Shown here: positions 49,846 to 62,980 of the stretch, one piece after another
Position numbering within the stretch: position 1 is the stretch's first letter
How the letters are laid out: every line of letters begins with the position of its first letter
Assembly: GCA_024704765.1 (NCBI GenBank)
Contig: JAKMXF010000306.1
Location: 1 to 64,000, forward strand
Source: Oopsacas minuta
Lineage: Eukaryota > Animalia > Porifera
DNA: 64,000 nucleotides
Reading direction: 5' to 3'
Made by a program: the position numbers and the translations under genes
The notes under the pieces: model-generated
Told to the model about the DNA's origin: nothing
What the model saw: only the letters and a program-made list of their open reading frames with translations
Database searches by the model: none

Positions 49846-51239
49846 TATTAAAGCCATGAACATTTTCATCGTAATTAAATACCGCATCATAAAACCATTC
49901 GTTTTATCAGGGGCAATAGCTTTATTGTAAAAATATCAATACCTGCAAGCATGCTAAGCATCGCTAACTCCATCTCATTAGCGTATTCACATTCTTAAGT
50001 ATTTGGTCTATATGCTCTGAAAAACCAAATTCATCTAACCTCAAATAGTCAAAAGAAGGTATGTGTACTTACTAGCTAAAACTATTGAAATTATACCGTC
50101 ATTACTTTCAGCATGATATATCTTAGTACTAACCAAAAATCATGATACTATTTCTCATTACAAGATACTAATCCCTGAGGTGATGCCCTTTTCTATATGA
50201 ATATGAATATGCACTAAAACAGTGGTTCTCAACCATTTCTGGCCTCCCCCCATGAAGTTTACTCTCCCTTTTGGGCCCCCCCCCTCTCCCCAAATAATTT
50301 GAAATTAGTTTTTTTATTCAAATTAACTGTAATTAATGCGAACCTTGTAATTGCTTATTAGATGCTAATATTTCGGTACAACTATAGAATTGCGCCCCTC
50401 GAACTTTTCATCCGAAATGTAAAGCGCACTTATTCTAGCCGGATCGTACTCGCTAAGTGATGAAGATTCCACTTTAAAATGTTCAAATCGGTGTACAATT
50501 GAAAAAGTTAGAGCTAAATTACACTACTAAGCCAAAGTCTATGGGCGAAATTGTATTAGTCATTAAATCAATTTATACTGATTCTAGTTACTATCTATAG
50601 CCATAGCAATGTGCCTACTAACATCATTACATAGTGACTTACATTATTGAGAATCCTGAACAGGAATGCCAATTACAAAATAACAAGCAATCATAATTAT
50701 TACCAATACTTCAGAACAATGCTGTCAATTATCAAAACGTAAGAGTGCAAAATGAAGCTAACTAGTTCATGATTAGTATTGTAATTCTAATAACTTAGTT
50801 ATATAATGTTGTTTGCAACACTGCAACAACTTGCAGCCTGTTAACAGGCCTACGAGAGGGTGGGATAGTCGGGGTCAAATTCGACAGGTGTCATTATGTC
50901 CGTACATTGTGAGAATATAGTTATCAGAATGTTGTGTTAGAAAATAAAGCATTTGCTCGTAATAATTATGATGATTGCATACGTGATAACTTCTGCAAGG
51001 AAAACAACGGGAAATATGTAGTATTTTAGCGGGACATAACATATGCACTGAAAAGCGGGACAATTCTCCCTTTGAAACATTTTGGCGGGACATAACCCCC
51101 AACATATGTTCGAAAAAGCCGGATCTCGGCCAAAAATGGAACAGTTGACTAGTATTTGAGAGAGACATTGGATATGTCTTTTGTTTTCTTTTTTATTTAT
51201 TAGACGTATCTCTAATAGCTATCACTTTCAATTAAATTA

Positions 51240-52444
51240 CACTGGACAACATTTTACAACTTATTTTATTCCTTGCTCGTTTCAAGTTTACCTAGACTAA
51301 TATGGCCATGCTGAATCCAAATCTGCCCTTAGATTTCTTCAAACACGTCACGTTTTTGAGATATGACATATGCACACAACAACCCGTAATTGTCATTTTG
51401 GCTAATTTTGGCTGTGCAGAACAAAACATTACATGTAATAAACACAGTGATTGCTAGTGAAAATAACAGAATTATCATTTTGCACAATTTAACACAACCC
51501 AGGATGATTAAACCAGACAAAAATAACATTGTATCCTCTCAAAAGTGCTTTATACACTTGCTCTTTCGGGCATGTTCAGTGTCAGTTTCACGCTGGAGAA
51601 ACCAACAGTAGTCCCCCATCATGTTTGGGTTAAATCGACCTCTATACCGCGATTCCATCACGGTATAGAGGTCGAAAATCCAGCAATATTTGTTGTGCAA
51701 AAATAACAATCCGACGTATGGTTTTTAGGTTCTCGCCAAATCATAGGTACCGCAAATGGCATGGATTTCTTCTTTCCATTAAGCCATTGGATTAGACTAG
51801 CATAGCAGACGGTACAGCAGATGTGAGGTGCCCAGTTCTTGTCTTGGTCACCAACTTTGCAACCAAAGTAATACTTGTAGCCAATCTTGACACGATTGGC
51901 AATATTTCTTCGCTGGGGCTTCGGCGTAAATTTTCCACAAATATAGCAGAAGTTATCTGGGTGGTTCGTGCATTGTCTTCTGCTCGTATTCATTGTAAAC
52001 AAAAAGCTTAAATACACAATCAGTTACAAACTAAAAATTCTGCAAAACAGTAATGTTGTTGGTTTATCGATACAGTCTACAATCCACCCGCAAGTAGGCT
52101 AAATAACCCCTCCTTATAGCCATGGCCAAGAACACTCAAGAATGCATTAATTGTCAAAAGATAGAACATTACATTTACAGAATAATGTTAATATTAACCG
52201 TACATAATATGCATTGTTGACCAACAATTCGCTGCGAAAGAAAATTGTACAATAGGCCTAACTTGTACTGTATAGTACCTTATAATATAGTGCCAATCAA
52301 TGCAAAATCTGAATTTCGTGAATTTTCATATCTTGAAATCCTGACGTGATAGACCAATTCTGATTTCAGATTTGGAATCAGCATCCCAAAGTTAGTCTAG
52401 GTAATATATTTTCATTTGAGGAATAAATTTGATGTTGCCCAGTG
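51240..52444 (-). mobile_element. Internally deleted Chapaev3 (CMC) element
   Basis: Ends cactggacaaca / tgttgcccagtg with a 3-bp TTA TSD. Chapaev zinc domain CTNHPDNFCYICG...WAPHICC...WREPKNHTSDCYFC joined to the C-terminal RYRGRFNPNMMGDYCWFLQRE. Confidence 0.9.
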
Positions 52445-53056
52445 TTATACATCAATGGAATTGAATTTTTAAACTGTATTTGCTTACAAGTGAAGGCATG
52501 AATAATATGTATACCTTCACTTGGCAAATGTACGCATAAGGTTGTTGGTGGATATGCTATGGAAGATATGTAATTGTGTAGTAGGTAGGTATCTTATGGA
52601 ATGTATCACATTGCAGGTTATTGTGGCAGGAAGGTATTTAGGACAAATTAGTATTGTCTACACATTGCTTGCATGATCAATAAATTAGTTTTAAAATTTC
52701 AATTCCATTGATGTATATTCATTATCATGAACTTTCATTGTTAATTCAGTGCACAATAATGGTGTATAATTATTTACTCATGGTATACTTGTAGCTCATC
52801 GCCATCGTCATCGGCATAACGAAAATAATATGCACATAGTATAAACATTCCTTAATGCTTAAATTAGTATGGTTGGCTTCCTTCAATATAAATGAAAATT
52901 AGTGTAACTTTCCCAATTCTTGACCTTTTGTTGCGTTCTTTTCACCTATGCTGGCAGTATTGACTACGTTCCATGTTTAAATTTATTAGAGAAACTCTAC
53001 TAGCTAATTGTAAAATAAACAACAATTATCTACAATAATTAACCAATATTGTTTTA

Positions 53057-55392
53057 CACGTTGTTTTTTTTATAAGGAACACCTTTATAAGGAACTCCAG
53101 GCTGAGAATTGGCAAAAAATTAAGGAACTCTTAAGGAACTGCCCAGCCTGAGATTATAAAACCCATAAATAATATACCTATCATAGTATCATTTATTAAT
53201 TTATCAAGAATATTTCAACATCGTCTATATCTTCCTTTGATATATAATCAATTGAATCATCTTCAAATACTACTTTAAACTCATCAAGCCTACTGTTAAA
53301 ATATTGGATCTTTCCAATAAACCACCCATTTTCATATAACCCTTTAACTTGTTTTCCAACGAGTTCATGGTGAAAAATCCTATCAGCTATATTATCCTCA
53401 AATTCTTCACGCTCATCATCATTATCAATTAGAAGACTTTCTTTCTCGGATTGAATATCTACATTTTCATTTGGTTCTGGGTTTTGCATGCCTGGAGTCA
53501 CAGTGTCCGGGTCAATCATAGAGGGAGGAGGAATATTGTAGCCAGGTAATCCTTCTGGTTACACTAGGTGATCCTCAGTACCATCAGCGGTCATGAGACA
53601 ACCAGTCTTTTGCCATATCCGCAATCTGAATGAATCGTATTGCGAACTTATCAATTTTTTATATGCTTCACCGACCCAATGAGTAAGTAAAATCCGCCGC
53701 TCTTTCCTGCTAAAACTTTGCGTGCTTTCATACCACTTGGTGGCATTGCCATCGCAGTCAAGCCACTCATGATGCTTTTGGTTTAGGAAAACTTTCAGTA
53801 ATTCAGCATATCCAGCATCTACCGGTTGCCAGATGTCAGTTGCATTAGGTAATCCATACCAGCAAACGCCATTTAAATCTGAAACAGATTTCTTAAATTC
53901 GTCAGATATCTGGGCTGATAAATTGTCGCAAAATAAGACAAAACGATCAATACTATGTTGAACTATGGGGGAGAGGGTACGTTTTACCCATTCGACAGAA
54001 AATGCGGTATCTGCCCATGCGTTTTCTTGAAAATACACATCAACATCTGGGTGCCATGCATTTTTTTCATCCTCACTTATCCTTTTTCCCTTTCCATTGA
54101 ATATAATTGCAACTCGAGGCTGCTTCCCAGTTGGCCGAAAACAGATTTGGAGAGTGCACTGACGTTTGTCCAAGCCACTTCCAGGTTGGGATATCCAAAC
54201 TTTATGTTCACGATTGTTTGGGTTTTTCTTTTCTAACATTTCATATGTTTTCTTTGTATTAATGACAAAGGGACAAGGAGATTGATCAACATTAAATCGC
54301 TGCTCCGGTGCATACCTACCCCATTTGGAGTTATAAGAGTCTGCACATCCTGTCCTTATCAACCGCTCTCTGGTAGTAGCATGCCATTGTTGCATCGGGA
54401 GACGAAAGTTCTCCTTGCTTAACTTACGATTTCTCTGGCGGGAGCGTAATCTTAAATCATTTCGTTTGATAAAGTTCACGATTACATGCTTCCTTACGAT
54501 GGCATTTGGATCGTTCGTTTTCTGCCTGTATAGAATTCTAGCTTTTGACCATATCCAGTTGAAATCAACTCGGTGTCCTTTACTACGAGCTTCTAGGAAA
54601 ACCTTCCTTAGATCCCTATATAATTCCGCGTATTTTGTCGAAGGTCTGATTTTCAAGAGTTTCTTGTGGTCATTTGAAGCCGCCAACATTATCTTTCCCT
54701 TGTTCAAGCGCCACATAGATAACATTGATTTGCTGATAGCATGTTTCTGAGCTAGTACCTTGGGTGATACTCCTGCTTCAAGATTTGAAACAATTTTCGC
54801 TTTGAACACTGAATTATACTGCCGTCTACTATCTTGACCACGGGATCTTTTAGCAGGTGGCTCAATTGAAATATCTTGCGCTTCAAATACTCCTAGCTGT
54901 AGTTCTTCTGAATCAACGTTCGAAACATGTTCGATTTCAGCTATACTACTAGTAAGTGGGACGTTGTTTATTTCGACATTGGTACTTTCTGAAATGTTAC
55001 CGTGTTTACATTTTAGGTGTACCGTCAATCCTTGTTGATTTTTGAATTTGTTATCACAGTGGGGACATTCCAATTTGGGCTGTTCTGAAATGTCAGGTAG
55101 AATGATTTCGTTCCATACCCCACGGTGTCTAACGCGTTTTATAAATCCAAAACTGCCAAGTGTTGGCTGTCTGTTAGCACACATGTAAAAGCTAAATACA
55201 CACTTTACAATGTTAAAATGTTAATAATCAGTTAATTAAGTAATTGAATACGTAGGTACCTTCTTACTAAGCAATATTTTGAGCCGAGAAAATAAGGAAC
55301 CGATAAGGAACTTTGAGGCTGAAATTGGCAAAAAAAATAAGGAACTTCAGCCTGAAGTTTGAATTAGGGTTCCTTATAAAAAAAAAAACGTG
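53057..55392 (-). mobile_element. pogo-superfamily element (DD35D), full length with one premature stop
   Basis: TIRs cacgttgttttttttataaggaac / gttccttataaaaaaaaaaacgtg and TA TSDs. Contains the transposase ORF below. Confidence 0.92.
53196..55184 (-). pseudogene. pogo transposase: C2H2 finger, HTH/CENP-B-type DBD, DDE (D35D), Tudor-like tail; single in-frame TAA at 53559-53561
   Basis: CPHCDNKF...LTVHLKCKH, RRQYNSVFKAKIV, FNVDQSP, FCDNL...WQPVDAG (35 residues between the Ds). EDHLV*PEGLPGY continues in frame into ORF 53196-53519. Confidence 0.88.
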
Positions 55393-55948
55393 TATGAGAG
55401 CATAATATTGTTCAAGGAAATTTCCGAATGCGTGTGGAAGAGTAAGACAGTGATCAAATAATTATAGTATTCAACTAATTTAAGCCGGCGGGTCAGTTCA
55501 AATCACAAACCGGACCGGATTTGGCCCATGGGTCGTAGTTTGCCCACTCTTGGAATTAACTATAAACCGGGGTTATTTCTAAAGTGAGTAAGAAAATACA
55601 CTGTAATCAAGAGATAAATCTCTAGTGAGTTACTTAAAATATGCAAGTGTCGTCGGAGTGAGAATTCTTTTGGTAATCCAATTCCCTTGGGATGGGAGTG
55701 GGAATGAATTTTGTCTTCTGGGTATGCTCATGGGAATCCTGTGCTGATTCCCACAGCATCCCTATGGGAGTGGAAATTGAAATTCTATTCCCACCTCACC
55801 CAGGCTAATATGGGAAAGAGAGCTTCCCTATATATAAGATGATCTAAATGTGGATTAGAGAAAACACTAAAAGGATGATCAATCTAAATTCTGTATTCCA
55901 TGTATTTTAGAGATTAGCCAGTTTTGGCAAATGAATCAAATGTTTTTA

Positions 55949-57241
55949 CAGGGTGTCCCAAAAGTTCTGCAACAATTTTGAATGTGGTTTTTAATTAACG
56001 TCAAACATTTGCTAAATCATATATTCTTTTCGTTAGCTAATTATATTCTTACAACTGGAACATTGTATTCGAAATCATAAGAAATTTACTACTGCTGAGT
56101 TTTGGCAATTATTGAGTTATAGTTAAATTGAACAAGTCTGGCTAAAATTCAGAAAGAGTATGGAAATGATAATTACACTAGATCATTTGAATCTCGTACT
56201 ATTAAACGCTACAATTTAACTTGAAAGTGTCAAAGATACACCCAGAAGTGAGACCAAGAAGAATTCGAAAGTAAAGTAGCGTTCACAAGGCCCGGAAGAT
56301 GTTAGCCCGAATCTAACACTTTTCCATCGGGAAGTGGCTGCCAGGGGAAAGATCACCCGCGGATCAGCTTGTCGTATCATGTATAGAAAACTTGGACTTA
56401 AATCATTTAAACATCTAAAACTGAAGCTCTTACATCACAAACAATAGGAAAGCGCCTCACAAGTTGTCGTAGGCTTTTGGAATGGATCAAAACTGCCAAT
56501 GGGAAACAATTGTATTTCTGAAGAAAAGATTTGTCCAGTTGAGGAAAAATATAACTGACAAAATTCTCGAATATATTCAATTGATAGAGCAGGAATCCTG
56601 AAAACTCTAAAACTGTAGAGCAGAGTTTGCACCCTAAATCTCTCATGGTTTGGACAGGTACTTCGGGATGTGGAAATACAAAATGAGGTTTTTATCCCAC
56701 AAGAGACCAACTCATTTATAATGTCTATCAACATCTCATCCTGGAACACCACATTTATGAATGGATGGAATTCGATATTTCAGTAAGAGACCAAAATTAT
56801 GTATCCAGGGCCTGTAATTTCGTTGTTAACAGAGTATAGTCGACGATAAAGAGAAAAGAAAAAAGATTTGAGAAGAAATAGGAAACTGTTAACATTGTTC
56901 CAAAACTATATCCCATACCGTAAACTGGGCTACTTTGGCCCACTGGGTTTGCTTTAGCCCAAATATTGAAATTTCCTTACGTATCGAATAGATATTGTAT
57001 TTGTATTCGAAATTGTCTACCAATATTTGAAAATTCGTTAAAAATTTAGCAAGTCATATTCAAGTATAATACTGAATCTAATCTTGTTTCTTTGAGACTT
57101 TGATATTTGGGCTAAAGCAAACCCAGTAGGCCAAAGTAGCCCCAGACTACGGTATGTAGTTAGATTAATGATTTTAGTGTTTTTTTTTAAATAAATCGAG
57201 TATAAATATTCTTAAAGTGTAGCAAAACTTTTGGGACGCAG
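55949..57241 (+). mobile_element. Heavily decayed maT/Tc1-like element
   Basis: Left TIR ta|cagggtgtcccaaaagttctgcaaca, degenerate right TIR tgtagcaaaacttttgggacgcag|ta, and traces of transposase motifs. Confidence 0.6.
56918..57152. mobile_element. TA-flanked MITE with ~48-bp TIRs, nested in the maT relic
   Basis: ta|ccgtaaactgggctactttggcccactgggtttgctttagcccaaata ... tatttgggctaaagcaaacccagtaggccaaagtagccccagactacgg|ta. Confidence 0.85.
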
Positions 57242-58439
57242 TATTTCTCTAAAGATTCATATGATTTCCAGTCAAATTGTATTCTCATAGATATTTCAAC
57301 TGTACCATAGATCAACTCGTCCCTAGTCAACTCACCATCGATGGGAGTAAAATCCTCTGATAAACAGCTGGAGGAGCGTGTTAACTAGTACAAGAAATTC
57401 TGGGTCCTCAAGCAATAAGAAATACTCTAAGGGAACATCGAGTAAGTGTAGGATTGATACAAGTTAACACAAATAAGAGGTACGAATTGACTAAAAAAAT
57501 TGAGACGAGGTGGCCATAATTATAGACAATTAGCCTAAAATAGGCACAAGTTAACCAAATACATTAAGGGCGTCTTCAACAAAAAATAATAGGGGCGAGT
57601 TGACCGAAAAATAGAAGCGAGTAGACTTGCTCCCATTCATATATACAGTGCGGTAGGAAATATCGGCAATAAATGCTCTTTCATTATCCTTTACCTATGT
57701 GCTAAAACAACCTTATTCTTTCGTCACAGTTATATCAACATATAATATATCCCACTAAAAATGTATTGATCCACTGACATTCTAATTTTTGCATATTCTA
57801 TCGCAAATGATCTTTGCATTAAGCCCTGAAAATTTAGGAGAAGTATTTATACAATGTTATCTAAAATCTGTACCACATTTGGAATGAATGAACGAATAAT
57901 TCTCATGATATCACACCCTAAGCCATGCGGCTTACGGATTTAGCCTATTTTTTGCCAGACCCCACATCAAACGTTAATACCTTCTTATTGGGGAAGTACT
58001 CTGGCCTAATAGTGCTCAGGAAATTAGAACTACTTATTGTTAGCATATATAACAATTTATAGGTCTTAGCCAATAGTCATTCTTCAAAACTAATCGTGAT
58101 ATGTCCCGAACTTTAATGTTACGCCTATGGGAGGACTTTTACCCCCTTTTCATGCTCAATTCGTAATACACACTAGATACATCGGAGTTTAAGATTATTA
58201 TCTCTTAGTTTGGCTAGTCCGGCGAGCTGGATAACATTAAACAAGTAGAATGACATATACTTTAGAAAATAGCCCCTACAGAAATACAAAGTTCGCGGAA
58301 AGATTTCTTAAATATGTGCTTATTAGTTTTGTCCACATATATTAGACCCATTTTTTCCGACTTCAATTATCTATATTTTCCACAAATTTGGTATAAAGGG
58401 TCAGGAAAAGAATAGAAACAGGATAAAGGAACTATTTGA

Positions 58440-59442
58440 TACTGGGATAACAATAGCGACTGAAATATCGGGACGACTAGGTATAGACTAGCGGACAGTA
58501 TATTGTGTTTTGAAGTCTATTTCCGACAAAAAGTTGCTGATCTACCTCAAAGATTATACAAGTCTGATAGGAACAGGATTATGGCACTCGTTCAACACAA
58601 TCCAAGGATCACTGTGAATGTCGAGCAAAATTGAATCCACCAGTTGCCAAAAGCACAGGATCGGAAGAATGAAAAGGAGAGGCATCCAAAATCGCCAAGC
58701 AGTAAGATTTCCAGCTTAGTTACAACTCCATATTGGTAACCGAATAGAATGGCGCAAAAGAATGAGGGTCAAACTAGTCATTAACATATTCACTACTGAT
58801 GAATACTCTATTTGGATGAATTCAGGCAAGATATATTTATGCATGGACAAAGAATGTGCATGCCCATTGACGTGCCAACTTTCAGAAATCCATCGAAGCT
58901 CCATATTTGGGGTGGTATTTCGGTAATGTGCAAAACAAACTCAAAATTTAACCGAAAACTTCAACCAGGAACGAAACAAAACAGTTTTAAATAAATGTCT
59001 TATGTAAGAGGCTAATACTTTATACGGCGATCAATGGGTATTATAGGAGGATAACCGTCCTATACATACAGGAAAGGCGGCAAAGGCTTGGAAACAGGTG
59101 TTGTCCACCACCAGGTCGGCTGGTCCTCCAATACCCTCGTTCTTAACCCAATTGAGAATCTTGAGCTGTATTAAGGCAGAGACCGCTCAAAAGAGATTTG
59201 CAATTTAGGAGGTATGGAACACATTTGACCATGAATTTTATATGCCATTTTTATAACCATGCACAAAAGAATTCGCATATGCAACGTAGGTATAGGAAAA
59301 TATAAATTATTTACTAGTTTCTCATTTATATTCTATTAGAGGGAGTACCTAATTATTAGAAATCTTCTAATTTTGATCATTCTAATCATTGATAATGAAT
59401 GAACCAAATCAAATTCACTTCCCATAATTTCTGAACGCACTG
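58440..59442 (+). mobile_element. Decayed Tc1-like element
   Basis: FTDEYSIW, PSKLHIWGGIS and VLNPIENL remnants. Right TIR-like ttctgaacgcactg. Confidence 0.55.
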
Positions 59443-62356
59443 TTTATATATTTATAAATATTCATATACCTATGTATAATATATAACCTACCTGGACAAA
59501 AGTATTGCGACACACTTTCATAATTGCCATATGACACCGATAAGCCAATCTATTTCCATAGGCTAAAGATTATATCAAACATTTATGAACATTATTCTAC
59601 TGAAACGATGAAAAACTATATTGTTATACCTTTAGTCAAATCCAAAAAGTATATAACATACTTTTGTAGATCTGCACATATAATATTTCATTGAATATTA
59701 CCACCTCTTGTTTAATATTAATGTGGAACTATTATACGAAAGAACGCAAAAATCTGTAACAATGTATTCTACAAAAATTATGGCGGTAGTGTTGTTCATG
59801 GACCATAGATCTAATAGAATAAATTCTATATTTCTGTTGATAAATGATGGATATTGAGTATTTCGATGTTTCCTCGTTTTTGTAATAAATATATTTCTGA
59901 ATTGTGTAAACTTTCCAAAATTATACTATTTACCAATTGACACGTTACCACCACAATCAAGGCAATTTTCATTAAGTTTCCTTTATATTGAATTCGTTTT
60001 AGAGTGTACTATTTGAGGATAGTAATTTTGTAAAATGCAGGATACCTGATTCCTAACCATTATCAGTATATAGGCGTTTAGTAGAAAATAATGAGTTTTC
60101 ATTCAACTTCAAAATGCCGACAATCTCAAAAATTCAACGAGCTGTTTGCAATTTGAAAATACATAAAAATATAGAGACGTATTCAGTTAAGACAAATTTC
60201 GATTTTTTAAGTGAAAATACTCACTATTTTGTCGCTAAAATTTGATAAATTAAATTCAAAATATACATAGACATTCTAGTGTCAAAAACTGGGAAAATAC
60301 CAGCGGAACGCCGGTATTGTTCACAGTTTTTGAAAATACAATTCTATCAGTAAGCATAGTTTCAGTGACAAATATCGACAATAAATATCAAATACATTTC
60401 ACCACAATGAAAATACTATTTTAGCAATTTTCCAGCCAAAATCAACCAAAAATTTTCCAAATTTGCCGTTTATAAGGAAAATAGGCCTTTGTCCAATTTC
60501 ATTTGAAATTTCTTAAAAGAACATAGCAGATACTTCGTAACTGCTTTCTCTATCAACCGGATACGGATAGGAGAGTGTGTGATATTATTATGTCAATAAG
60601 GCACTGAAATCTAGATTTGAGTGGGGGAAATGGTTATAACAAAGTAATAAAATTAACGTGTTCCTTTTTGTCACGAATGCAAAACTTCGGCCGTAATCAA
60701 ATGAAACACAAATAATCTGTGAATTCATATATAAGGTATATGTTTGTATGTCCAGAATTAATTGAAGAAATTGGATGACCCCCAGGGCTGATTTTGGAAT
60801 ACAGGGGTATTTTGGGCCTGGCTCGGAAAATTTGAGCCTGTGACGAACATTCACATATATGACGAAATTATAAGGTTATTGTCATCATTTAGATTTCGAA
60901 AAATCATATTATTAACAACTACTCAACTAATATACATGATGGAGGTTTGAAATCTGAATCACAGGTACCTTTCAAAGATACGAATGTCCTGACCTCATGA
61001 TTCTGACCCAAAGCTAACTGTTCATGGGATTATTACGCTATCATGACTGTACAAAACATCAAAATACTCTAAATTTCGAAAAAATTCAGAATTTTTGATA
61101 CCCGATGAACGAAGTGCCGAGATTACTTACCAAAAGCGAAATAACAACTCCAGTAACACCACAGAAGGCCATTAAATGAAATTTCGATGGACCATGGATA
61201 GTAAAATCTTAAAATTTCTGCTATATTACACACTCGAGGCACGAATTGCCGATTTTTCCCGTCCGTAGAGAGCAAAAGGAGATGTGCCGTAGCTATGCGT
61301 AATGTTACTACCATTTTGTCGTTTACCTTTCCAGGTGATGTTAGGGGATTTTCGATAGTTCTCTATCTTAGGAACCCGTGTAAACATTTTAGAGCTCTAT
61401 CATATATATCTTCTGAAATATTTTGGATTTTTGCTAGCATCCAAAAGTTTTCACCTCATAACATCCGCCCATTCTAGGAAAAGTGTACCCTATAGATAAA
61501 TTTTCGTAATATAAATGAATTGTCAATTATTGCATAAATAGCATTCATTACATATTTCGTTATGATGAAAATATTTACAATAAATGACAATTTTTTGGGG
61601 TTTAAAAGTGGTGTTTCTTCTTCTTCGATTTGCAAAGGATATTTTCAGCCGCCATTTTGGGTAGTGACAACTTATAACTAGGTCTGAAATCCAGCTAGAT
61701 TATAAAACCCAACGATTTTGGATAGATTTCTACCAGTATTGCACAATCTTTCCGTTGTTTTTAATAAAACGATGTAGTTTTATGTATTAATTTTCCAAGT
61801 TATGTTGTGCGATGTTGTGAAAGATGGCCCAACCAGAATTGACTACAACGTTGATCTACGGTGTAAAATCAATTTCTACTCAGAACGTTATTGTATTCAA
61901 CGGATTAGCAACGGGTTTCAACTATAATTAGATAGATATAGAAATTTCAAGAAAATTTGTGAAAAATGTGCTCATCGTTCCAGATTTGCAGTAGAATTTT
62001 AAAAGATCTGACTACAGGAACATGTAGTAGGTTTCTGGGGTTAAATTTATAAATATGTACCTAAAGTGGGTGTTTTACTTAAGTGACCGTAACTATTCCC
62101 AAAGTTGGTTACAACACTTTTCCAGGACAAATTCTACAGGACTAAAGTCTATAAAATTTAATTTGAATAAGTATACCCTCTAACATATATTTATATAATG
62201 ATAGAATATTATGTGATATTGACAATGACATTCTGTTTGTAGCCTTTTAGGAAACCTAGAAATACCGAGATTGAGATCAAAAGAGATTGATAAAAGAAAA
62301 AGTAGTTTAACAACATGATTATAGAAATATCCTCCAATATACTAGAATATAAATCA

Positions 62357-62980
62357 CTAGTTAATGACGCAACACTTCCTTCGAAAAGATAAATCGGATC
62401 TATCCTCAAATGTCAATGGAGTACACTCTTGAATATCTTTATGTACTTGAGAAAATGAATTAATGATTTCTGTGATCAAAAATTGAAAAGCAGATTCAAC
62501 ATTTGAGTTTAGTAATGCTGAAGTTTCAATATACTTGAGACTATTCTCATGAGCGAATAATTCTGCAGTTGATATAGGAACTTGGCGGAGGTGTTTCAAA
62601 TCAAATTTATTACCTACCAATACGATAGGAACTCCAGGATCACCATACTCTCTAATTTCTTGCAGCCAACGCCCAATACTGTCGAACGAATTTAAACTAC
62701 AAATATCGAAAACAATCAGTGCACCTGCGGCCCCGCGGTAATAAGCATTCGTCATAGCCCTATACCTCTCTTGACCAGCAGTATCCCAGATTTGAGTCTT
62801 CATTTTCTTCTTTCCAATCTGTATAGTACGAGTAGCGAAGTCAACGCCAATAGTGGTCTTTGATTCGCTATTAAATTCATCTCTAGTATAGCGAGATAGT
62901 AAATTACTCTTCCCAACACCTGTATCACCAATTAAAACAAGTTTGATAACCATGTCGAATTCTTCATCAATAGTTACCAT
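62357..62980 (-). CDS. RAB11: Rab11-like small GTPase (207 aa, divergent, uninterrupted CDS)
   Basis: [42 protein letters not shown] and ETSAL motifs, with a C-terminal CCVIN prenylation signal. Confidence 0.85.
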   Translation of the reverse strand: MVTIDEEFDMVIKLVLIGDTGVGKSNLLSRYTRDEFNSESKTTIGVDFATRTIQIGKKKMKTQIWDTAGQERYRAMTNAYYRGAAGALIVFDICSLNSFDSIGRWLQEIREYGDPGVPIVLVGNKFDLKHLRQVPISTAELFAHENSLKYIETSALLNSNVESAFQFLITEIINSFSQVHKDIQECTPLTFEDRSDLSFRRKCCVIN

